64,000 bases of DNA from Botryllus schlosseri. Its lineage: Eukaryota. The stretch lies in assembly GCA_051294905.1 (NCBI GenBank), contig CM119373.1:3970001-4034000 (forward strand), read 5' to 3'. Below the pieces are notes generated by a model. That model was not told the origin of the DNA. It saw nothing but the letters and a program-made list of their open reading frames with translations, and searched no databases. Numbering within the stretch: position 1 is the stretch's first letter; every line of letters begins with the position of its first letter. Of this stretch, positions 13,057-24,444 are shown piece after piece. A program made the translations under genes and the position numbers.

Positions 13057-13391
13057 CAGTGGCTCCCAACCTTTTTGACCTATCGCCCCCTTTTCAAGGT
13101 CAATACCGATCATCGCCCCCAAATTTTGTGTACCGAAAATTGGGCATACAAACCTGTAATCACCGGCGGGTTGACTAAAAAAAAGGGTCAAATTTTCGGC
13201 TCGCTGTCTAATTTGACACACTTTTGTAACTAAATTTCCGTGGGTTGACTAAAAAAAAAATAAAAAAAAAATGTCAGCCGTTTTGACGCGTCATCGCCCC
13301 CTTCGCTATTTTCGCCCCCTTTGTCCATTTTCGCCCCCTTCGTCATTTTCGCCCCCCTAGACCGCCAAATCGCCCATGTTGGGAACCACTA
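13057..13391. mobile_element. hAT MITE with tcgccccc subterminal repeats
   Basis: cagtggctcccaac...gttgggaaccacta; TSD atctagat. Confidence 0.88.
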
Positions 13392-14734
13392 ATCTAGATT
13401 CTAGATTATGTCACGATTCAATATTTTTGGTACAATAATAGATATGTCATTTTCTTAATAAAATGAGAATTCAGATGACTACAAGGAAGTCCACATGCCT
13501 TTATCCAGATTTTACATTCTTCCATGCATGTCATTGGCTCTGGGAAAGGTAAAAGCGCACACCAGGAACGGTCTGGGTAGCCATCTCCATGTTACGCAGG
13601 CTATTAGCACAGTATTTATCCTGAAAGATACAATACACGAGCTAGAACAAAAAATGACGATTTCAGCCGGGAACAGATCATGTTGCCTAACATATATCAT
13701 ATTAATATGATCATTGAATATGCAGACAAGTGTCCAGTGTAACAGTAATTTGCTAGATAATGATACAGACTATAGACTACTATATACAAATGTCGATTCC
13801 ATAAATAGAACGCATATAACGCCACATAATGGATACCACACATATCCTGACTCAATATTCCTCTAATACATTCTATTCGCTACGACAATCCTATAGTATA
13901 CGACTAAGGATAATACAGCAATAGTTGCTTCATCCGAAAAGTTGTCAGAAATTCATTCATTTGGACATACCATGCTGATGCGAGCTTGCCATCATTCATG
14001 CTTATTGTAGGTTATAACACTGCATATACATACTAGCTCTACGTTATTACCATTCACCAAAGCCAGCTATTCCCAATTCAATGTAATTTTGCTAAAAACC
14101 TATATTTTTCAACCCTTTTCCATAAGAGCTCATAGTAAGCTTGCCCGGGCTTGTTCTTTGTTTACATCCTACTGCAACCTGATTGGTTCGTGTCAAAGGT
14201 CACGTAAGTGTCTATTCGACTTATTTAGTTATATTTACTCGGAATAAAGCTGGAATTCATGCTCAGCTAGCGAAACAGACGAGACTCACGAGACAATGAA
14301 TTCAGGCTGTATATAATGATGACGGTAAATCAGAAAATAAGGTTTTCGACCAAGAAACACGAATTTGATGGCAGCACTCTATCAAAACGCAACGGTATCT
14401 ACAGGTTCCAAATAGCTTCCCACATCAGAATACTTACCACCAAATTGGAATTCATACAGAATAATTTGATCCTCAAGATCATTTTTCCTACGTATTTTAA
14501 ACATACCTCTGAAACATCAAAATCGAAACCCTAAAATAACCATTCGAAACCATCCCGAAAGGTTTTTTTACGGTTCTGTGTTTGCTGGGTATCGGCAACA
14601 ATTCTGTCGTTGCACCAGTCGAGGCAATTACAATTACACAAAATACAAATACTTCAATTACAATTACAATTACATGAAAAACGTAATTAAACATACATTC
14701 AGCTCAATTACAAATTACAATTGATACACCTCTG

Positions 14735-14912
14735 GTGTCCAGTGATGCGGGGTGCCGTGATAATGCATCTGATGGTGGTATGGATTTACCTGGCAAATGA
14801 AAAATACGAAAGCGCCAGGACCTTGTGCGCTGATTCAGGCGGTATATTCTAGTGTTCGTAATATCGTACAACGATTTGTCCCCAAAGATTTTGATCAGCG
14901 GTTTGTGAGCAG
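14735..14912 (-). pseudogene. Gypsy RNase H C-terminal fragment (copy A, displaced piece)
   Basis: HKPLIKI, NTRIYRLNQR and WRFRIFHLPGKSIPPSDALSRHP; homologous to 60217-60395. Confidence 0.85.
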
Positions 14913-16429
14913 CAGAGTTGGATCAATTGTAATTTGTAATTGTAATTGAGTGTAATTAATTACATTTTTCAATGTAATTGTAATGTAATTGTAATTGAAG
15001 CATTTTTATTTTGTGTAATTGTAATTGTAATTGTAATTTGAAAAAAATTTTGCTCAATTACAATTTCAATTACATTAAATTGCTATTGAGACCTGACAAG
15101 CACAACATAAAATAATTGACTTATAATGCATTCTCTTTAAATGTCGACAAGGAATTTGGTGGATCCATTCGCGGAAGCCCTTGACTTGGCCCTTGCGGGC
15201 GAAGTTTTCTTAGGCCCTTTTCATACCGGATTTACGAAACTCTTTCGGGAACAAGTTCCGAAACAGGCGATGTTCACATAGAGAAAAAATTACCGAAACA
15301 GTTCCGGGAAAAGGGCGCGTTCATACCTTTTTAGAGTTACCGCGAACTTATGTTCATACAGGTCGTTTTTTCGGTAAATTCGCGGGAAATTATGGCCAGT
15401 ATGAACGCGATTCTCCGTAAGTGTTGATAGTTACGAAACCATGTCTGTGGGGTGTTCCAGTTGTAATATGCTTGTGGAAAACAATGTGGGAGAGGCATAT
15501 ACGTGAGATGCGGAGAAGTTGGCTCCAACTTTTAGCTATGGGATGTTGCGGATATGCCTTCTCGAAGTGTATGGGGCTCTATACTCAATATCTGTATCAG
15601 CAATAGAGCCCGAGCATGTTCCTGGCTTGTATATTATCAACCGAAGCTGAGAGCAGAAACTGAAAGCCAGCAAAGAGGATAGAGTCCTGGAATGAAAAGA
15701 ACCACCGAGGCGATCACATCTGCGTACGAGGTACGACAAAGTCAGTTTATCTTTCTGATTGCTGTATAATGGTTTGGGTAAATCTAATCTTATGTACACT
15801 GTACAGAGAAACCAGGGAAATCGAGAAATTCGTGAGAGAAACATTTGGTATACTCTGCGACGAGCTTCGAGACCATAACGAAAAGCAGCAAGCAAATTAC
15901 ACGAACTCAATTTCTCTTGCTTGCTGAGTAGCTGTCGCTCTTTGGAGGCTAGCCAATGAAGCCAATCGTTTATAGATCCAGGTAAACATCAGATGTATTT
16001 TAAGAAGGCAACTGTCACAAGTTGATTTTAATAAAAATTGCTGGTGCCTATAGTAGGGCTAGCCACAACGATTCGAGTACTCGAATCTGAATCGGGTATT
16101 AACTTTATTGATTCGAGGCGAGTAGTAAAATACTACTTTTCGAGTAGGCTACTGAAATTATACTGAAATTTGATTTACTAACGAGAATTATACCGTAGTT
16201 TTGATAAACTTTTCGGTACTAGTGAAATAAGTACCCGGAGATTAATACGGCAATAGTTGTTGCATCAGAAAGTGGGTGTGTTATAGGATTGGAAGTGTTG
16301 CACATATACATTGAATTAAGGGTGGAAGAATCACTAGGTCTAGTAAGGAACAAGTGAAAAAAACCACCCTGCCATATGAATAGCACGGGATCGAATGGGA
16401 GAGAATCGTAGAGTTATGAGTTGTCGAGA

Positions 16430-17290
16430 AAAACGACGTTAGCCCCGCACATGGCGGTAGGGATCTGATAGTCCACACATGTTGTGCTGTTTGCCTACGC
16501 ATATCTACGCAGGCCGTCAAAGAAGAACATACAATGTACTGCGCTTGGTCCCGTCAGGGGCAGTACACAAATGTCACACGAATAAACACCACAAGCATTT
16601 CCGATGAGACACCTGAACAAAATAGACCAAAACGTCAATATTCGAGCCACAAGCGGTGCTATTGTAGCGATCATGGTTCCAGCCGCGGTTCCATCATCTG
16701 GACCGCTCAGTTCTGGTAGAATAAAATCATCCCAAATTAATACCCCGGTTCTGACCGAGCTACGTAGAATGTCAAGTCCAGTATTAAAAGCGCGGGTGCG
16801 CAATACGTTCGAAACTGAGCCCTATACGCAACCAATCCGTGTAATCAATCGTCTCGTAACAACAACTCAACACCATGACGAAGTGCCTGACACAATACAA
16901 GTGGCCAGAAAAATCGAAACGAACAACTACGTCACAAGCAAGAAACACTTCAGCACCAGGGCGGACTATCATACCCGAGATCAAGGTCGGAAGGTAAGTA
17001 CCAAATTAACCAGATTCATTTCGTCAGGGGATGGCCAGAATGTTCCAACAACATTGGGCCGAAACGACGTGACGGAGAGCTGGACGCCAACTGCGAACAT
17101 AATATTTGCGACGATTAGATCAGGGACCAAATAATAATAATAATACCATTCGCAACGACCACAGCACATAACATAGTGCTGAGAATATCGAGTTGGTCCA
17201 AGTACTGCAAAAACAGTACTAGAAAATATATTAGGGGTGTTACTCGTCGTAATAACCAGTAAACGTAAATAACAGCTATTGCTTTGCAGG
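16430..17290 (+). pseudogene. Frameshifted ORF, possibly an envelope/fusion glycoprotein remnant
   Basis: NVT and NTT sequons and RPKR (16624-16635) in one frame, directly followed in an adjacent frame by hydrophobic GAIVAIMVPAAV (ORF 16604-17134). ILGVLLVVITSKRK near 17230. Purine tract and TG follow at 17357-17373. Confidence 0.35.
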
Positions 17291-20200
17291 ACAAATTAAA
17301 ATCGTCAATAATAAAGACGAAATAATTGAACTAATGAATTAATAATTGTATTTCTTGAAGGTGGGGGAGATTGTTGGTGTTAATTTTATGTCTGTCTACC
17401 GTCTGAGCGATATTATTTTCAACTATGGAAGCTTTGAAACCTCCATTTGCCACATCGCAACATATTAAGCATTCAGTACAAAGCTACGCAATATGCACGT
17501 TATTGGAATGGCATATCTATGAAGACGTGTGTGTTCACACCACAGTCTGACGATCACTTTTGGTCAAAGGTGAACGCACACAGTGGCAATGTGCACTTTT
17601 GAATCCAAATTGAAATTAGCTGACATTATAATGTAGAATTGCGTGATCTAACAAACCGCAAAGTTACGGAAAACACTAGCTTTGAATGCTCACGGAAAAT
17701 ATATCTGTTGCAGCGGACTTTGCTTGACGAATATGCTAATAAATAGAAAAATCTTGAAAGGCCCGCTGAACTAATAGTCGTTAATTTAATTGCCCAAGTG
17801 ACTAAGAAGTAACCCCACCAATGTCTACCATACTGGTCCCCCAAACATTCGGTAACTTACTGCTTTATCAGTAACTCGTGAATTCTAACTATTGGCTAGC
17901 GAGTGAATAGTTGTGGCCAAAAAGTATTAACAGCAATTCTAAATTGTTATCATGGTCGGTGTTGTAAGCTGCATGAATGCAGGTGGTTATGCGAGCATAC
18001 CGCATCGCCATTTGCATTAGATATTTCGGAACCAGTGGGTAGGTTTTTGTGTCGGGTGAGTTGATTTTCCAACACTTCTGTCAATTTGGTTTTTACAACT
18101 ACTGCTGTCTAACGACACGAAGTGAATACCGCTTGTTTCGCGGCTTTGGTTTAGTATAAGTAAATTGCATTACACAATGCGCTACATCGTGCATTCGAGT
18201 ACACAAATAAGAGTGGTAATTCTGACATATGTCAGCAACAAAACAGTATGTACATAGCACCAGTCACGACTGCGCATAAGATCAATAATTGAATTAAAGT
18301 ACCGATTTCCACAAAAATTACCGGAAATCTCTTGTGCGGGGCAGGCAGTTATGAATAGGTAGTCTGTTGAAAGGCCATAAAGTAGTATAGCTCAAAATAG
18401 TAGAATGCGAACTATCAACAACTTACCCTTTGCAGTTTAGGCAAAAAAGTACATGGTTTTACAATAACAATAACTAGAATTAATATGCGTGGTGTCGACC
18501 ATATTTTGAATTTGAACTGTGCAGATTCCACACACATTGTAAATGTATTATGTACTATAGCAACATTTGCGCCTGTCACGAGACAAAGATACATTTTGGA
18601 ATAGCTGAATAGAGGGGTAGTTGCGCTTGGCATGGATTGTCGGGGTTGTGTGACGGCGGATTAGTGCGGGCGTGCGGTTGCGTCGCGCATAGTGGGTTCT
18701 GTCGCGTTGAAGTTTTGCGGCCGTGGAAAGATTTAATGTTCACCAAAATCTATTGAAGTCTAAATATAGATTTATCTTCGAATATTGGAACGGATAAATA
18801 ACAACACCATTAGCCTACTTAATTAGTCTACCTTGGTAATTGATGTTGTATTATGGTGCTCGACAGAAGGGGCTTTGTACCTAAATGTTACGTGGCAAGG
18901 AAGGGTTCAGTCGCCTAGCATTCCGTGGGTGATTACCGCTGTCGAGCCCACCGGTTTGTTGCTCGCTGTCTTTCGATTGGCGATGGTGGCGTGGATAGAG
19001 ATACCCAAGTCCTAACCTCGTTACGACCCTTTGAGAAGTTACTGAACCTCGTGACAGATTCTGCGGACAACTTGCCCCAAACAGGAGTGTTTTCCGCTAA
19101 ATTGTAGAACTTGGATTGACTAATAATGTGTGAAAGGACGATATTGTGAGTCAAAATCATACACATATGATGATAACTACACTATATACACGAAAAACCA
19201 CGTTTTGAACGAAGTAGGTTTTAGTAGTTTCGGGCGCTAGGGAGTTAACAGTGACTGTTACAAGTATAACATCGGGTTTTTAAAAATGGAGAAGTTTTTT
19301 TCTGATTTCGGCCCTGGTTAAGTCTGTGGAAAGTAAATTTAATTCGCGCGAACTGGCCGAAGATTGCGGCTTGCGTAACAAGCACAAATGCGAATTGCAG
19401 AATAAGCAAAAAAATGTGAATTGCGTAATAAGTAAAATTAAGAATTACATAACTAGCAAAACTACGAATTGCATAACAAGAAAAAAAATAATTGATGTAA
19501 CTAAGGAAGTTGCGGATTGGGTAACAGAGCCAAGTGCTGTTTATGTAATGCGTCAATATGCGAATTTGGAATCAAATTGCGAAACTTTTGCAAAATAATT
19601 TTGCAGAAGGCGGTGGGAATTGCAATGTTGTAATGGCGTAATGACGCGCAGGAAACTATTAACTATAGCGAAATGGTACGATCTTGCTTAATTGATGGTT
19701 TAATCACTCCATAGGACGCCTTATAGGGGCAAAAAATTTGCTTGATGAATGTCCGGATTTGCGTCAGATCCTAAATTGAGGAAGTAATATACTGCTTATA
19801 GTGTCGAATCGGGATGCATGAGCGTTAATGTTTTTCCGCCCAAAACTGAATATAACTCGAAGGATAAAGCCAGAAAATTCAGTTGACTTTATACAGAGCT
19901 CTACGCAGAGTTGACTCTACACAGAGTAGAAAGTTGGCAGATATTGAAAAGAATTAGACTGAGAGAGATGACAAGTTTGACAAATTTTTATAGAACAATA
20001 GCACTGGGACATTCAATGGAGTGTGAAGGGTAAATTTTAGACGCAATGACAGAGTCTCAAACGGTTCATTTATAGATAACTGACTTTTGCATGATAGTTA
20101 GCCTATTTATATACGATCCCAAACGTATGGTGTGCCAAAATAACAAACCTTAATATACTTTGGTCACAATAGTACAAACTGTAAATCTGATTTTATCGCA

Positions 20201-20313
20201 TAATAACTGAAGCAGTCAAACCAAATGTTACTAAAAGCAGAGAGTCAATATAGCTGTGATACTTAGGCCTATATCTGACATGTTCGCAGATTAAACTCAA
20301 GCATATACGGTTA

Positions 20314-20502
20314 TAAAAGTAAGCTCACTTTTCTATACTGAGGGGAGAGAAACTAGTACAAGCTATACATTTATAACCGTAATACGATATTTAACTACTG
20401 AGTATAAATAAAAGTAAGCTCACTTTTCTATACTGAGGGGAGAGAAACTATAGTACAAGCTATACATTTATAACCGTAATATGATATTTAACTACTGAGT
20501 AT
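20314..20502. repeat. Direct tandem duplication of about 95 bp
   Basis: taaaagtaagctcacttttctatactgaggggagagaaacta...actgagtat occurs twice. Confidence 0.9.
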
Positions 20503-23500
20503 TCACCCGCTTTCTGACATTTTTCCTCTACAAGATAAATTCTGGCTACTACAAAATTCAGTACTCCGTTTGACGCGGACGCTAATACCATTGTTGATAT
20601 GAATTAAAATGAATCTTCTGAAATGCAATGCAGTAGAATTTAATGACAAATATAACGCAAAGAGCATATCACTATAGAGAGTACGTCCTTGAAATCTATC
20701 TTTATCACGTGACCAACAATGCAAAAGACATTGCATTGATTTTTAGTAGCATGTATACGCATGTGAGCAATAGTTTTGAACAATAAAATTCTAGAAGAAC
20801 AAGCTAATATCACGAAGTTTGGAAACTCATATGGAATATGGTCTGACTCTTGCTTCACCTGACTTATTGTCAGAAGTTGACAATCTTTCGTAAAGCAAGC
20901 TGCACCAATTATTGCATTCATTCTGCGTTGCTGAAGTATAAATGCTTGTGTCTTGCGGTTGGGATGATTGAGATTGCATCAGATAGTATAATATACTGAT
21001 ATAAGCATAAAATATACCACGCAATAAAATTTCGGCCCGCCAAACACTCGCTCACTCATAATTTTGCCTGTGTCTATTAAAGTACTGCCAATCCCTGCTA
21101 AAGACGTTTGCAAATACAATCATTTGCGGCACATAATGACAGTAGGTCTGGAATTTTATGATTTATGGTATCAGCCTGCTGCCGACACCTTTTGCTATTA
21201 TAGCTGTTCCTTACATATAAACTGAAAATGGCATCTTCGCCGTATGATTTTGGCATCTGATTCCAATATCCTTTTGGGCATTGCTTGCAATGGCATAATA
21301 TGACGCATTGCAGCGTATCGGTTGGAATCGCCACACTGGGGGATTCGATTTAGCCTGTGGCAAACTACTGGGTTCTATGCTAGGTTTATAGTTTTATAGG
21401 ACAGATGCCATGTCACCATGCAGTCGCAAGTGATCTCAAGCATCACGACTGTTACTAAGATTAATGCGTACATTGCGGAAATAAAATGAATACGTTAATC
21501 CGTGATACTTATATTCTTCGGCATTACCGGTCATCGCAATGACTTGTGATTAGGGCTGGTCCATATCAAGTATGTGAGTGATTCGATTCGGAATGGAGTA
21601 TATATCAGGCTTCTGGTATAATCTGTGCATGTTCCCGCAAATAAGTTCATGATTATAACACACCGGACACTCAAACTTTGGCACACTGATATTAAAGGTC
21701 AATTGGTTTTTTTCACTTAGTCTAAAGTTCTAAGACATTAGCTGTGCTTTTGCGTACAGCTTGCTTCGTCGTGTCCTAATTTAGGCATTTTGGCACAATA
21801 ATTCAACGCGAAGTATTTGCGACAACGAGGTACGAGCCGCATAGACAACTCCCAGGGGTGTCAAACTCATATTACGTTGCGGGCCGGATAATTGTTGAAC
21901 AATAACGACTTTGCGCAAGACGCCCTATCTAGAAAAAGGACTTGAAAGTTAGGAATGCGCTAGTCATATGTATGTGACGATTCCTACATCGAGGCGCAAC
22001 TATTCTAGTTTGTGTACGTTGAAATTTGATGAGCTACGAATTTATTGATCCGCTTTAATGTGTGAAAGCTACGACTATCAAAGTCGTACCGTTCTCAAGC
22101 CTCCCTTATGTGCCAAGATGCTAACATAAAAATAATACGGTGGACTGTTCACAATTCAATAGCGTGGAAACGCCGGTGTGAGTTCGTGCCTTTCCAAAAC
22201 GAGCCGCATTGTCACTGACTTTCAAATGCATAAATCCGCGCTTCATGGATTGTAGCTATACAAAGTAAAAGGTCGTAAATTTAAGCTCTCAACTATAGGC
22301 ACTGCAAATCTTATATTTCAGAGAATGCCTACACTGCCCCTCCAAATTGTTAAGGTAAGGAATTATAGTAACCGAAAAAATAGAGGTGACTTCTGTAGTC
22401 ATGAGGCTGCCCATATGAGCCATTAGTAAGAAGAATTGCCGTTGCGTAAGCAACAGATATAATCACCCTAAATAACTCTCAATAGAATTAAAAACAAAAA
22501 TTCTTATATACAATAGAAAAATACACACATCAGTTTTTGCGAAATTGATGTGTCGAATATTGAGTCCCAGGGTTCACGCTTTCGTTTCATGAGATCGATT
22601 GCGTCAACGCTAAATTAGCAGAACGTGTTCGAACTTTATAATTGCCGATACTCACTATCGTGTTGAGTTAACAAAAATGCCGCCATTTTGTATTTCGAAT
22701 TTACGAATGGGTTGATGAATGAACAGTCGAATATGCTTTGTAGATTTAGCCGTTGTGTTGATAGCACTTTGTGCTTATCTGGAATTGTCGTATGCATGTT
22801 AGTAGTTAGCTATACCATCAGGTTGCTTTACCGAAAATGGCGCCACCATTTTTCCATGTATGCGAACTTTTGCAGTAAACTGAAGTATATGTAATATATG
22901 TGTGTATGCATATCCATGCCATGTATGGTGCCCACATGAATTGTACGTTCACTTGTATTATCCAATGACTACCAATGCAGACATCATGAATGTGTCCTCT
23001 AGTGTTGGCTATTTCTGGCTCTACCAATGTAAAGCCACCAGCAGTCCAGCACTCTTGAAACACAGCCCAAAACGAAGCTTCCAGTATCAGACTACATCCA
23101 CAAAACAGTATATTGACGATTAATTGCGGGAGGTTCTAAAGTCTTTAGGCATTGAAGGGTGACGTTCGCATGTACCCCTGGAAGCTATTGACCTCATAAT
23201 GATTGGATCGGCTGCTTGCCATAGTTGCAAAGTATACAGAAATAAAGCAGTGCAATAAAAAGAGATTGACTGCTAGCCGAAGTTGCAAAGTATACAGAAA
23301 TGGAGAAGCCAAATGAAATGTGCTGGAATAGCTCCATGAAGTCGATGAACTAAAGATGAAAAGAGCCAAGAGTATAGAGATATTGCATTCGGAATCTCTA
23401 CCCACGACCAACCCTCAACAAACGCCGCCTTCTGTTAGAATGCCCGATCCCCGAATCGACACGAAAGTATTTGATGATGTAAAGTACTCAACAAGGGGTC

Positions 23501-24120
23501 GGTTTCTGGACTGATTTCGGTTCAATACCTGCAGCTGGAAGACTGGAAAACTCTTATAATGCATGAGTCTGCAAGTTGGTCAACTTGAACTCTGAGTGTA
23601 TTTTTTGTAACAACTATTGGCATGTTTCTTGTATATTGCATATGCTTGTGTGTCGAGGCAGGAAAGGCCTTCACATTTATATGTGTAAACTAACCTTGGA
23701 GTATTGAAAAGTTATCAATCATGCATGACATATTTATAGGCCTAGCTTTTACTCGTATTCTGATAGACCCGTGCGGGACGATATTTATAGAAGCGCCCTA
23801 TTTTTGTGTCCATAATTGGTTGATAATTATTGGAGTATTTGGTTGTATTAAAGGTTTTAGATTACTTGTAAAGGGTTAGATTAGAGTTTTGGACCTAATG
23901 GTCATTGGCTGTTTGGAAACAAGACAATATTACAACTACGGAATACTTCAATCAACATTTACGACTTTGAAAAATCTCAAGTCAACATCTACAGATCTAC
24001 GAACGTCGTCAGTACTGCACAAGAGAGCAAAGAGTGTCAACTTTGTCCTACGAAGTATCCCGAACAAGTGTGGACTACTCGCATAACAGTCGTTGTGGAG
24101 CTGCACTATAAAAACAAAAT

Positions 24121-24138
24121 TGGTGGCCAGTACGGGGA
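24121..24138 (+). promoter_or_regulatory. Primer binding site complementary to tRNA-Ile(AAU)
   Basis: tggtggccagtacgggga is the reverse complement of the metazoan tRNA-Ile(AAU) 3' end UCCCCGUACUGGCCACCA including CCA. It lies about 300 bp upstream of the gag-like ORF. Confidence 0.9.
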
Positions 24139-24169
24139 ATACTTCCGGTGTTCAAACATTGACCGATCG

Positions 24170-24436
24170 ATGCTTTCAAAGACGACCATCGTAAAACTTG
24201 TACTTGTTGTATCCATTCTTTCATCGTCCGTATCACTCCTGATTATATTAGCAGCAATTTATCTGCACGTGTCGCCTGGAGCGTTTTCTAATCTGTTGAA
24301 CGTATTTTTGGGATCAAATAGCAGCGAACCCACTGCTTACGTCAAATCCATGAATACGCCGCAAGGACCTACAATCTTTTTCAACGTATCCTCACCTGAT
24401 CTAATATTTGTCAACAGTACTTCCTCTAGTCAATAG
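24170..24436 (+). CDS. 88-aa pre-gag ORF, predicted single-pass or signal-anchored glycoprotein
   Basis: First in-frame ATG after the PBS gives MLSKTT, then hydrophobic IVKLVLVVSILSSSVSLLIILAAIYLHV, then sequons NSS, NVS and NST. Stops 8 nt before the gag ATG. Confidence 0.5.
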   Translation: MLSKTTIVKLVLVVSILSSSVSLLIILAAIYLHVSPGAFSNLLNVFLGSNSSEPTAYVKSMNTPQGPTIFFNVSSPDLIFVNSTSSSQ

Positions 24437-24444
24437 AGAGTACT

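Larger units (their letters stand above)
10095..14216. mobile_element. ISL2EU-like (PIF/Harbinger-related) DNA transposon, decayed, with about 330-bp TIRs and two convergent gene remnants
   Basis: aatagacacttacgtgacc... at 10095 is mirrored at 14216, near-perfect for about 110 bp and diverged to about 330 bp. AT flanks. Internal transposase and SWIM remnants. Confidence 0.85.

Noticed and set aside
16278..17274. Solo LTR (TG...CA)
   Set aside because: No TSD and no second copy in the window; the interior looks coding.
21015..21060. FGGPKFY resembling a Polinton DNA polymerase B motif
   Set aside because: It is an isolated short match with no YxDTDS or other polB motifs nearby.
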